Shown in pieces: positions 1 through 7,800 of a stretch of DNA of 32,000 nt. How positions within the stretch are numbered: the first letter of the stretch is position 1; each line of letters begins with the position of its first letter. The position numbers and the translations under genes are program-made. Below the pieces are notes generated by a model. That model was given only the letters and a program-made list of their open reading frames with translations. It searched no databases and was not told the DNA's origin. The stretch comes from Mycolicibacterium smegmatis (lineage in GTDB: Bacteria; Actinomycetota; Actinomycetes; Mycobacteriales; Mycobacteriaceae), in the NCBI RefSeq assembly GCF_001457595.1, contig NZ_LN831039.1, positions 3,120,001 to 3,152,000 on the forward strand. Reading direction: 5' to 3'.

Positions 1-102
1 ATCGTCAAGCACGGGCTGGCCGGTCAGCCGCGGATGCCCGCGCCGGAGACGCCGACGCCGCAGGTCGCACGGCCCGAGCCGGTGCAGGCCGCGCTGTTCT
101 GA
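1..102 (+). CDS. 3' end of an unidentified gene (partial, runs off the left edge)
   Basis: Frame 1 is open from base 1 to TGA at 100-102 (IVKHGLAGQPRMPAPETPTPQVARPEPVQAALF*). GC3-rich codons match the neighbouring genes. Too short to assign a family. Confidence 0.3.
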   Translation: MVKHGLAGQPRMPAPETPTPQVARPEPVQAALF

Positions 103-142
103 CGGACCGGCAGTGGCCAACCTCACCCTCGGCCGCCTGCCA

Positions 143-167
143 ATAGTTATGTTTTTATAACTATAAT
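143..167 (+). promoter_or_regulatory. Candidate operator overlapping a consensus -10 box for the MFS gene
   Basis: Perfect inverted repeat: ATAGTTAT (143-150), spacer gttttt, ATAACTAT (157-164). TATAAT at 162-167 overlaps the right arm. It sits in an AT island within otherwise GC-rich DNA, about 37 nt upstream of the ATG at 204. Confidence 0.5.
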
Positions 168-203
168 CTGATCGGTAATGCGCTGATCAGAAGTCGAGGG
201 TTG

Positions 204-1487
204 ATGAGGATACGAACTGCCGCGCCGGGGACCACCACGCCGACACTGGCGTTGATCATTCTGCTGGCTCTGCTCAACGCCGTGACTCCCTTCTCGGTCG
301 ACATGTACATGTCGGCCTTCCCGGCAATGGCCGTCGAGTTCGGCACCTCGGCGTCGGTCGTGCAACTCACCCTGACCACGTTCCTCATCGGACTGGCCAC
401 CGGCCAGCTGTTCATCGGCCAGTTGTCCGACCGGCTCGGGCGCCGCGGCCCGTTGCTCGTGGGCATCGTCGCGTGCCTGGTGGCGAGCCTGCTGTGCGCG
501 GTGAGCCCCTCCATCGAGGTTCTGATCATGCTGCGATTCGTGCAGGGCTTCGCGGGAGCCGCAGGCATCGTGATCGCGCGGGCGATCATCTCCGATCGCT
601 CCAAGGGGTCCCAGGCCGCGAAACTGTACTCGGTGATGATGGTGATCGGAGTCCTGGCGCCGATCCTGGCACCGGTCCTGGGCGGTCAGGTGGTCGCCGG
701 TTTCGGTTGGCGCGCGGTGTTTCTCGCGCTCGCCGGGTTGAACCTGGTGATGTTGCTGGGCGCGCTCTTCATGGCGGGCGAATCGCTGCCGCCCGAGGCG
801 CGCCGGCCTGCCGGGTTGAAAGCCTTTGCCGGCAGCGCGGCCTCGGTTCTGACCAACCGCCGCTTCATGGGCTACACACTGACGCTGTCGTGTTCGGGCG
901 CGGCCATGTTCTCCTACATCTCGGCCTCGCCGTTCGTGCTGCAGAACATCATCGGTCTGTCGCCGCGCGCGTTCTCGTTCACCTTCGGCGGATGCGCACT
1001 GGCCGTGGCGGTCTCGGGCGTGATCTCGGCCCGGTTGGTGGGCCGGTTCGGGCCGCGCAAGCTGCTGCTCGGCGGGGTGTCGGCCATGGTGGTCGTCGCG
1101 GCGTTGATGCTGCTGAACGTCACCGTCGGCGGCGTCGTCCCTGCGGTGACCGTGGCGCTGATGGCGTGCTTCATGGGCACCGTCGGGTTCACCTTCGCCA
1201 ACGCCACCACGCTGGCCATCGGCGAGGTGCGCCACGCGGCCGGAACCGGTTCTGCTGTCATCGGATTCCTGCAGTACGGCCTGGGTGCGGTCGCCTCGCC
1301 GCTGGTGGGCCTGGCCGGCGAGCACAGCGCGGTGCCGATGGGCGTGGCGATGTTCACGTGCGCCGCACTGGCGGCGACGGCGCTGCTGGTGCTCACGCGC
1401 GGGCACATCCCGAGCTACGACGACGAACTCGCCGACCTCGACGCAGACCTCACGGCGGTGTCAGCAGGGGAGTCCACGGCTCGGTGA
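204..1487 (+). CDS. MFS transporter, Bcr/CflA-type drug efflux family
   Basis: About 12 hydrophobic segments. MFS motif A is present: GQLSDRLGRRGPLL. The N-terminal FSVDMYMSAFPAMA is typical of Bcr/CflA. Start is ATG 204 (TTG 201 also possible), preceded by GAGGG at 196-200. Confidence 0.85.
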   Translation: MRIRTAAPGTTTPTLALIILLALLNAVTPFSVDMYMSAFPAMAVEFGTSASVVQLTLTTFLIGLATGQLFIGQLSDRLGRRGPLLVGIVACLVASLLCAVSPSIEVLIMLRFVQGFAGAAGIVIARAIISDRSKGSQAAKLYSVMMVIGVLAPILAPVLGGQVVAGFGWRAVFLALAGLNLVMLLGALFMAGESLPPEARRPAGLKAFAGSAASVLTNRRFMGYTLTLSCSGAAMFSYISASPFVLQNIIGLSPRAFSFTFGGCALAVAVSGVISARLVGRFGPRKLLLGGVSAMVVVAALMLLNVTVGGVVPAVTVALMACFMGTVGFTFANATTLAIGEVRHAAGTGSAVIGFLQYGLGAVASPLVGLAGEHSAVPMGVAMFTCAALAATALLVLTRGHIPSYDDELADLDADLTAVSAGESTAR

Positions 1488-1498
1488 GCGTGCGCGGA

Positions 1499-1518
1499 AT
1501 TTCTCTTGCGGGAGAAAT
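1499..1518. terminator. Small hairpin between the convergent MFS and acyl-CoA dehydrogenase genes
   Basis: ATTTCTC (1499-1505), 6-nt loop ttgcgg, GAGAAAT (1512-1518). The stem is short and AT-rich, so support is weak. Confidence 0.2.
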
Positions 1519-2780
1519 CAACCCTTGTTGCGCTTGACTTCCCGGAACGGCACGCCGCGGTCGGCGGCGTGCTCGCGCGGGAAGCCGAGTACACGCTCGC
1601 CGATGACGTTGCGTGCCATCTCCGAACTGCCGCCGCCCAGCGAGCCGGTCTGCCGCGACAGGTACCGCACGCCGATGTCGAGCATGCCGTCGAAGTCCCC
1701 GCCCTCGTCGACCACACCGGCGGTGCCCGCGATGGCCAGCGCGGTGTCCACCTCCAACTCGGTGGTCTCGGCGTGGAACAACCGGATCAGTGTGCCCGCC
1801 GTCGGCGGCAGGGCGCCCGCCGCGATCGCCTGCGTGACATGGTCGATCAACTGCGTCTTGACCGCCCGCCGCACCAGGGCGCGGCCGGCGAGGTCCTGGA
1901 CGAACGGATCGTCGGCGCGGCCGAGTGCCTCGGCGAGGCCGACGTGGTCGGGCGGCATCTCGTTGGCGTTCTCCGCTCCGGTGCCGCTGGCGAACTCGGA
2001 TCCGCCGCCCACCGCACGGCGTTCGTGGAACAGCTGCCGCGAGGCCACGGTCCAACCGTCGTCGACCTTGCCGACGACGGCGTCGTCACCGAGTTCGAGG
2101 TTGTCGAAGAATTCCTCGCAGAACTCCTCGTTGCCGTTGACCTCCTTGATGCGGCGCATGGTGATCCCGGGCGCCTTCAGCGGCACCAGAAACATCGTGA
2201 GGCCCTCGTGTTTGGGCACGTCCCAGTTGGTGCGGGCCAGCATCAGGCCGTAGTCACCCGCGAAGGCGCTGGTGCTCCAGGTCTTGGCGCCGTTGATGAC
2301 CCACTTGTCGCCGACCCGGTCGGCGCGGGTGATCACACCCGCGAGATCCGATCCGCCGCTGGGCTCGCTGAGCAACTGCACGAGGATCTCCTCGCCGCGG
2401 ATGGCCGCGCCGATCCGGTCGCGCTTCTGCTGTTCGCTGCCCATGTCCAGGATGGTCGCGGCGCAGATCGTGAACGACGGCGTGTTGAGGATCAGCGGCA
2501 TCTCGTAGCAGCGGGCCTCGGCGTTGAACGCCCGCTGATAGGCGTGGTCCAGTCCCAGGCCGCCGTATTCACGCGGAAAGCAGATCCCGGCGAAACCGCC
2601 CTGGTACAACCGCTTCTGGAGCTCCTTGGCCCGGTCCCAGGACTCCTGGTCAGCCCGGACCGAGAACGGTGGATTGTCGGGATCGATGCGCGGCATGTTC
2701 CCGGCCAGCCACGCGCGGGCGCGGGCGGCGAAGTCCTCCACCGATTCCTGGGTTCCGGTCGACACGGCGGTCTCGGTCAT
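1518..2780 (-). CDS. Acyl-CoA dehydrogenase, FAD-binding (alpha-like) subunit of a probable heteromeric pair
   Basis: Canonical ACAD motifs: LLSEPSGGSDLAG, WVINGAKTWST, and a C-terminal SSEMARNVIGERVLG. True start is ATG at 2778-2780 (MTETAVS), preceded by GGAGG. The longer track ORF reaching 3206 is an Arg-rich upstream extension. ATGA overlap with the upstream gene. Confidence 0.9.
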   Translation of the reverse strand: MTETAVSTGTQESVEDFAARARAWLAGNMPRIDPDNPPFSVRADQESWDRAKELQKRLYQGGFAGICFPREYGGLGLDHAYQRAFNAEARCYEMPLILNTPSFTICAATILDMGSEQQKRDRIGAAIRGEEILVQLLSEPSGGSDLAGVITRADRVGDKWVINGAKTWSTSAFAGDYGLMLARTNWDVPKHEGLTMFLVPLKAPGITMRRIKEVNGNEEFCEEFFDNLELGDDAVVGKVDDGWTVASRQLFHERRAVGGGSEFASGTGAENANEMPPDHVGLAEALGRADDPFVQDLAGRALVRRAVKTQLIDHVTQAIAAGALPPTAGTLIRLFHAETTELEVDTALAIAGTAGVVDEGGDFDGMLDIGVRYLSRQTGSLGGGSSEMARNVIGERVLGFPREHAADRGVPFREVKRNKG

Positions 2781-3916
2781 GCGCGAGCCTCCTCGGGCTG
2801 GGATCTGCGGCTCAGTTCGAACACTGCACGGTGGTGGTCCTCGGGAGCGCCGAACATGGCGCGGTTGAGCGATGCCCGGCGCAGGTACAGGTGCAGGTCG
2901 TGCTCCCACGTCACGCCGATACCGCCGTGCAACTGCACGCAGTCCTGCAACATCACCGGAGCGCGCTCGCCCACATAGGCTTTCGCGACGCTGACCAGGA
3001 ACGCGGCTCTCTTCGACCGGGCACCGACGGCGGCCACGGCACCGGTGGTGGTGGCGCGGGCGGCCTCGAACCACATCTTCATGTCGGCGAAGCGGTGCTT
3101 GAGCGCCTGATACGACGCCAGGGGGCGGCCGAAGCTGTTGCGGTCCAGCAGCCACTGGTTGGTCATCGCCAGCACAGCGTCGAGAATCCCGACGGTCTCG
3201 GCGCACTGCAGCACCAGCGCGATCTGCCGCTGCCGCTCGATGATGGCCGGGGTCTGTTCGGCCGCGCCGACGACCGCGGACTCCTCGACCGCGACACCGT
3301 CGAATTCGACACGGGCATAACGCTTCACCAGGTCCAGTGACTTCTGGGCGGTGACCGTGACGCCGGTGGCGTCGGTCGCGACCAGGAACTGACGGGGCTG
3401 CCCGTCGAGCAGGGCGACCACTAACAGCAGGCCGGCCTGGTCCCCGGCCTCGACGCGGTCCTTCACGCCGTCGATGCGGTACCCGGTCGCGGTGCGCGTC
3501 GCGGTGACCGTCGGAGCCGTGGGGGCGAAGGGACGCTTGGGCTCATAGGTGGCCCATGACGCGATCGTTTCGCCGGCGATCAGGGTCTCGATGGTCTCCT
3601 CGTGCCCCTGCGGTGCCTCCACCAACCCGGCCAGCACCGCGCTCACCGGATGCAGGGGCCCCGGCGCCACGGTGCGCCCGGCCTGCTCGGCGATCAGTGC
3701 CAGATCGGCGACACCGTCGCCGGACACGCTCCCGCCGCCCAGGTCCTCCGGTACCAGCAGGCCGGCCCACCCCAACTCGGCCGCGCGGCCCCACCACTGC
3801 GCGTCGAACGACGTGTCCTCGTCGTGCAATTGGCGAACGCGGCTCAGCGGCGCCTCTTTCTCCAGGAAGGCCTGCGCGGTGGAGGTGAACAGCATCTGTT
3901 CCGGGTTGGCAGTCAT
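2777..3916 (-). CDS. Acyl-CoA dehydrogenase family protein, beta-like subunit lacking the GSD FAD-contact motif
   Basis: ACAD fold features: LGWAGLLVPEDLGG, QLHGGIGVTWEHDLHLYLRR. At the position of xTEPxxGSD it reads ATYEPKRPFAPT. Its stop overlaps the next start as ATGA at 2777-2780. Confidence 0.85.
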   Translation of the reverse strand: MTANPEQMLFTSTAQAFLEKEAPLSRVRQLHDEDTSFDAQWWGRAAELGWAGLLVPEDLGGGSVSGDGVADLALIAEQAGRTVAPGPLHPVSAVLAGLVEAPQGHEETIETLIAGETIASWATYEPKRPFAPTAPTVTATRTATGYRIDGVKDRVEAGDQAGLLLVVALLDGQPRQFLVATDATGVTVTAQKSLDLVKRYARVEFDGVAVEESAVVGAAEQTPAIIERQRQIALVLQCAETVGILDAVLAMTNQWLLDRNSFGRPLASYQALKHRFADMKMWFEAARATTTGAVAAVGARSKRAAFLVSVAKAYVGERAPVMLQDCVQLHGGIGVTWEHDLHLYLRRASLNRAMFGAPEDHHRAVFELSRRSQPEEARA

Positions 3917-3979
3917 GGAATGGGCTCAGCCTCTTGGTCGATGGGTCAGGCTGCGCGCGGGAGCGACGCAGCGTTGCGG

Positions 3980-5209
3980 TCAGGCGATGACGAGCGCGGG
4001 GACGTCGGGTTTGTACACCACCTTGTTCTCGACCTGGAAGAGGTCGACCAGGTTCCTGCCCATCACCTTTCGCACGCCCTCGTCGTCGAGGCCGTGAGCC
4101 TGGAGATCGGAGACCAGGTTGATCGGGTCGGCCAGACCCTCCGGGTGCGGCCAGTCCGAACCGAAGATCACCCGGTCGATGCCGATCAGATCGGCCATCT
4201 GCTTGAAGTTGTCCTCCCAGAACGGCGCGACGTACACGCAGCGCTTGAACGCCTGGATCGGTTCCTCGGGGAAGTCCTGCGGCATCTTGGCGTAGACGTC
4301 CTCGAACTGGTGGAACAGGTGCGGCACCCACGACGCCCCGTTCTCGATCGACAGGATGCGCAGGTCCGGGTTGCGGGTGAAGGTACCGTGACACACGAGC
4401 GCGGTCATGGTGTCCTCGATGGGACGCTTGCCCATCGCGACCATCCGGAACGCCGTCGGCTTGAACGGCAGGAACTCGTCGGCGGGTTCCCAGTCGTTGA
4501 GGTACTGCGCGTAACCGCTGTCCGAGGCGTGCATGGCCACGGGGATACCGGCTTTGACGCAGGCCTGCCAGAACGGGTCGAACTCCTCGGTGCCGAACGA
4601 GCGCGTGCCGCGGAAACCAGGTACCGGCGCCGGGCGCACCAGTACGGTCTTGGCGCCGCGTTCCAGGCACCATTCGAGTTCTTCGAGCGCGCGGTCGACG
4701 ATCGGCAGTGTGATGACCGGTGTGGAGAAGATCCGGCCCTCGTAGTCGAACTGCCATGTCTCGTACATCCATTCGTTGAGCGCATGGATGATGTCGTGGA
4801 TCAGCTCCGGGTCGTCTTTGAGCCGTTCCTCGACCAGTGAGGCCAGGGTGGGGAACATCAGCGTGTAGTCGAGGCCCAGACCGTCCATGACCTCGAGGCG
4901 CGCTTCGGGATTGCGGAACGCGGGGATGGACTTCATGGGCTTGCCCAGCACCTCGCGGTAACTCTTGCCGCCGCTGCCGTGCCGGAAGTACTCCTCCTGC
5001 GCGCCGGGGCGGGCGACCACCTCGAACGTGGGGTTCGGGATGTAGTCGCTGATGTGGTTGCGCACCACGATCTTGGTGCGGCCACGGACGTCGACGTAGT
5101 CGATGACGCCCTTGCGATGGTCGGGCAGGAACTTGGTGAGCGCTTCCTTCGGCTCGTAGAAGTGGTTGTCGGCGTCGAACACCGGGAAGTCGAGAATGCG
5201 TGAGGGCAT
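3980..5209 (-). CDS. Amidohydrolase-2 family metal-dependent hydrolase (ACMSD/LigI-like superfamily)
   Basis: N-terminal FDADNHFYEP and C-terminal IFGSDWPHPEG are hallmarks of the amidohydrolase_2 TIM-barrel family. GGAGG lies 6 nt upstream of the ATG at 5207-5209. Confidence 0.85.
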   Translation of the reverse strand: MPSRILDFPVFDADNHFYEPKEALTKFLPDHRKGVIDYVDVRGRTKIVVRNHISDYIPNPTFEVVARPGAQEEYFRHGSGGKSYREVLGKPMKSIPAFRNPEARLEVMDGLGLDYTLMFPTLASLVEERLKDDPELIHDIIHALNEWMYETWQFDYEGRIFSTPVITLPIVDRALEELEWCLERGAKTVLVRPAPVPGFRGTRSFGTEEFDPFWQACVKAGIPVAMHASDSGYAQYLNDWEPADEFLPFKPTAFRMVAMGKRPIEDTMTALVCHGTFTRNPDLRILSIENGASWVPHLFHQFEDVYAKMPQDFPEEPIQAFKRCVYVAPFWEDNFKQMADLIGIDRVIFGSDWPHPEGLADPINLVSDLQAHGLDDEGVRKVMGRNLVDLFQVENKVVYKPDVPALVIA

Positions 5210-5244
5210 GTTCGCCTCCTGGGAGAGTCGCGTTCGTCGAAATC

Positions 5245-5259
5245 GGTAATGACGTTACC
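5245..5259 (-). promoter_or_regulatory. Candidate TetR operator/promoter element upstream of the amidohydrolase-ACAD operon
   Basis: GGTAATGACGTTACC has GGTAA/TTACC arms around TGACG. Its 12-mer AATGACGTTACC (5248-5259) recurs exactly at 5992-6003. It lies 39 nt upstream of the amidohydrolase ATG. The minus-strand reading GGTAACGTCATT contains a TANNNT -10-like hexamer (TAACGT). Confidence 0.45.
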
Positions 5260-5321
5260 ACGAGGTGACCTGCGTGGACGATACGTCGGAACCGATCTGT
5301 GGCCGTCGTGGAAACGCCAGG

Positions 5322-5957
5322 TCAGACGCCGTGTGTCGGATTCGCCAGGCTGCGGAGGCAGAACTCGTAGATGTGCGGGCCCTCGATGGGTGTGCCGTTG
5401 AGTTCGACCCCGAGTGAGCGCAACCGCATGGCGCCCAGTACCGACTGCAGGATCAGGGCAGATGTGGTGTCCACCTCGACACCGGAGTGGAAGTCGCCGG
5501 CATCGATGCCGCGTCGCACGATGCCGCGGATCAGGTCGTGCAGCGGGGCCAGAACCCGCGCGTATTCACGGGGCAGGGACTCGGCGAGGTGGTCGTTGTA
5601 GTACGTCAGACCCCGATTGATGCTGTCCTGGGTGCTGGAAGAGGCGGGCGCGGTGATCTTCTCGACGAGCACCCGCAGCGCTTCGGGGCCCGGCAGGGCC
5701 TCGGTGTCGGCGCGCCACCGTTGAGCGGACTCCGCCATGATCCGGTCGATCAACGCCAGCAGGAGTTCGTCCTTGGTGGAGAAGTGCTGGTAGAACGACC
5801 GCAGTGAGGTCTTGGACCGCTCCACGACCTCCAGGACCGTGAAATCGGTGCGGCCGGTCTCGCCGAGGATCGCCAGGGCCGATCTCATGAACCGGGCCGT
5901 GCGGTCCTCGGGATCCGCGCGCGCACCGTCGGGCGATCGTTGCGTAGGTCTGGCCAT
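5322..5957 (-). CDS. TetR/AcrR family transcriptional regulator
   Basis: N-terminal HTH region: FTVLEVVERSKTSLRSFYQHFSTKDELLLAL. Preferred start is ATG at 5955-5957 (MARPTQRS), with GGAGGTGG upstream. The track ORF extends to 6047. Confidence 0.85.
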   Translation of the reverse strand: MARPTQRSPDGARADPEDRTARFMRSALAILGETGRTDFTVLEVVERSKTSLRSFYQHFSTKDELLLALIDRIMAESAQRWRADTEALPGPEALRVLVEKITAPASSSTQDSINRGLTYYNDHLAESLPREYARVLAPLHDLIRGIVRRGIDAGDFHSGVEVDTTSALILQSVLGAMRLRSLGVELNGTPIEGPHIYEFCLRSLANPTHGV

Positions 5958-5991
5958 TGCGGCACCACCTCCGTCATGCTGCACTGTGGAG

Positions 5992-6003
5992 AATGACGTT
6001 ACC
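5992..6003. promoter_or_regulatory. Second copy of the AATGACGTTACC element, in the tetR / LLM-oxidoreductase divergent region
   Basis: Exact 12-nt repeat of 5248-5259, in the same orientation. It lies 35 nt upstream of the tetR ATG (minus strand) and 47 nt upstream of the ATG at 6050 (plus strand). Confidence 0.45.
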
Positions 6004-6049
6004 GTTTTCGTAGAAGCAATGGGCGGCTTGTGATTACTGTGGTGCACCG

Positions 6050-6904
6050 ATGACAGAGTGGTTCCTGTTCCTGCCGCAGGTGCGGTTGGAGATCGGCGAC
6101 ATCGTCGAGCGGGCGCGGATCGCCGAAGCCGCCGGTTTCGACGGCATCGCGTTCATCGACCACCTCGAGGCCCCCGGCGCGACGCACCAGGGCATCTGGG
6201 AGGCGATGACCACCGCGACGTGGGTCGCCGCGCACACCGAGCGGTTGCGCATCGGGCACCTGGTGCTCTGCGACGCCTTCCGGCATCCCGCCGTGCTCGC
6301 CAAGCAGGCCGTCACGTTGTCCACGGCCAGTGACGGCCGGTTCGAACTCGGCCTCGGTTCGGGGTCCTGGCCGCAGGAGTTCTTCCGCTTCGGTGTCGAC
6401 GGCGGTGACGACGCCGCGGCGCGCGTCGACCGTCTCGAACGCGATCTGGCGCTGCTGCGGGAGCACTGGGGCGAAGGCGAACGCGGACAGGTGCCCGCGC
6501 CGGCGCACAAGATTCCGCTCGTCATCGGTGGAACCGGCCGACGCACAATGGGTTTGGTGCGTCGGTACGCCGACTGGTGGAACATCCCGTCGCACCAACT
6601 CGACCGGTTGCCCGACCTGCTGCCGACCGTGGGCGCCGCGCGGGCCTCGATGCAGCAGATGGTCGGGTTTGTCGGACGCGGCATCGACCGCGCTGCGGTC
6701 ACCGAACGAAGTTCGCGGTTGTTCGGCCATCTCGGATCAGGTCTGGTGTGCGGCGACGCGGCCGAACTCACCGGGCACTTCGCCGGACTCGCCGCGCAGG
6801 GCATCGAGCGCTTCTACGTGTGGTTCGCCGATTTCGCGGCGCCACAGACCATTTCCGAGTTCGCCGAGACCGTGATGCACACGGGACAGAAAGGGACGAC
6901 ATGA
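6050..6904 (+). CDS. Luciferase-like monooxygenase (LLM) class oxidoreductase, probably F420-dependent
   Basis: LLM TIM-barrel signature run: GFDGIAFIDHL, RLRIGHLVL, RFELGLGSG, PLVIGGTGRRTM. Size and motifs match the actinobacterial F420-dependent LLM subfamily. Cofactor is not provable from sequence. Confidence 0.8.
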   Translation: MTEWFLFLPQVRLEIGDIVERARIAEAAGFDGIAFIDHLEAPGATHQGIWEAMTTATWVAAHTERLRIGHLVLCDAFRHPAVLAKQAVTLSTASDGRFELGLGSGSWPQEFFRFGVDGGDDAAARVDRLERDLALLREHWGEGERGQVPAPAHKIPLVIGGTGRRTMGLVRRYADWWNIPSHQLDRLPDLLPTVGAARASMQQMVGFVGRGIDRAAVTERSSRLFGHLGSGLVCGDAAELTGHFAGLAAQGIERFYVWFADFAAPQTISEFAETVMHTGQKGTT

Positions 6905-7800
6905 CCACCGAGTCAACCGAAACCGCGCCGGGCGCATCCGTGCAGTGGACGCTGCAGATGCTGCTCGACCTGTTCGAGGTCGAACCGGCCGGGGAGAACC
7001 GCTTCACGGCGCCGACCGGCCTCGCGGGTGCCGACGACCGCCAGGTGGTCGAGGGCACCCAGGTGCTCGCACAGGCGATCGTCGCTGCCGCCAAACGCTT
7101 TCCGGACAAGTCCGTGCGCTCGGTGCAGGCCGTGTTCGCGCGCGCGGTGCTGGTGGGCCCGCCCGTCGAACTCGACCTCGACGTGGTCAGTGAGGGCCGC
7201 TCGACCGCGACGGCCGTCGTCACCGCGTCGCAGAACGGCAAGCGGTGCATGACGTTCACGGTGTTCACCGACGTGCCGTCGGCCGACGTGATCCGCCACC
7301 ACCTGCCGCGCCCCGACGTCGCCGGACCCGCCGACGCCAACGTCGCGCACATGCCGATGACGGGCCGTGAACTGCGCCTGGTCGACGTGGTCGACGTGAA
7401 CAGCCCCGACGAGGTCGGCCCGCCCGAACTGTACGCATGGCTGCATTACGATCCGGTCCCGACGCGCGACGACCTGGCCAAGGCGCTGATCGCGTATTTC
7501 ACAGGCCACCTGGGCATCTCGACCACGATGCGGGCACACGAGGGTATCGGCACCGCACAGGCGCACCTGACGGTGTCGACCGCGCCGATGACGGTCAACG
7601 TGAGCTTCCACGAGCCGGCGGCGTGGGACGGCTGGCTGCTCTATTCGCACGAGAGCACACAGGTGGGCGCGGGTATGTCCTACGTTCGCGGCACGGTGCA
7701 CACCGAGGGCGGCGAACTCATCGCGTCGTTCAGCCAGGACGCGATGATCCGGCCGCTGCGCACGGTCGACACGAACATCTCGGCCAAAGCACGCCTGTAG
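6901..7800 (+). CDS. Acyl-CoA thioesterase II (TesB-like, double hot-dog)
   Basis: N-terminal LLDLFEVEPAGENRFTAPTG is typical of TesB. The length (299 aa) fits two hot-dog halves. ATG at 6901 overlaps the LLM stop as ATGA. The upstream part of the track ORF (from 6577) is Arg-rich junk. Confidence 0.8.
   Translation: MTTESTETAPGASVQWTLQMLLDLFEVEPAGENRFTAPTGLAGADDRQVVEGTQVLAQAIVAAAKRFPDKSVRSVQAVFARAVLVGPPVELDLDVVSEGRSTATAVVTASQNGKRCMTFTVFTDVPSADVIRHHLPRPDVAGPADANVAHMPMTGRELRLVDVVDVNSPDEVGPPELYAWLHYDPVPTRDDLAKALIAYFTGHLGISTTMRAHEGIGTAQAHLTVSTAPMTVNVSFHEPAAWDGWLLYSHESTQVGAGMSYVRGTVHTEGGELIASFSQDAMIRPLRTVDTNISAKARL

Noticed and set aside
2781-3206. N-terminal extensions of track ORFs: 1518-3206, 17562-19199, 6577-7800, 10061-12421, 12996-14849, 5322-6047, 21786-22772 and 22762-24435.
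   Set aside because: The extensions overlap upstream genes or promoter DNA and are compositionally junk. Family-typical N-termini begin at internal ATG/GTG codons, usually with an SD motif or an ATGA-type overlap.
5245-5259. Whether the TetR-locus element is a KstR-type steroid-regulon operator (TnnAACnnGTTnnA).
   Set aside because: Only the AAC half-site can be aligned. The second half reads CAT rather than GTT, so it does not fit the KstR consensus as I remember it. The KstR2 consensus does not fit either.
3543-5261. A 572-aa minus-strand ORF overlapping the amidohydrolase and the ACAD 5' end in another frame.
   Set aside because: The translation is Arg/Pro/Gly-rich with no motifs. The alternative frame (3980-5209) gives a clean amidohydrolase_2 protein with an SD-preceded ATG.
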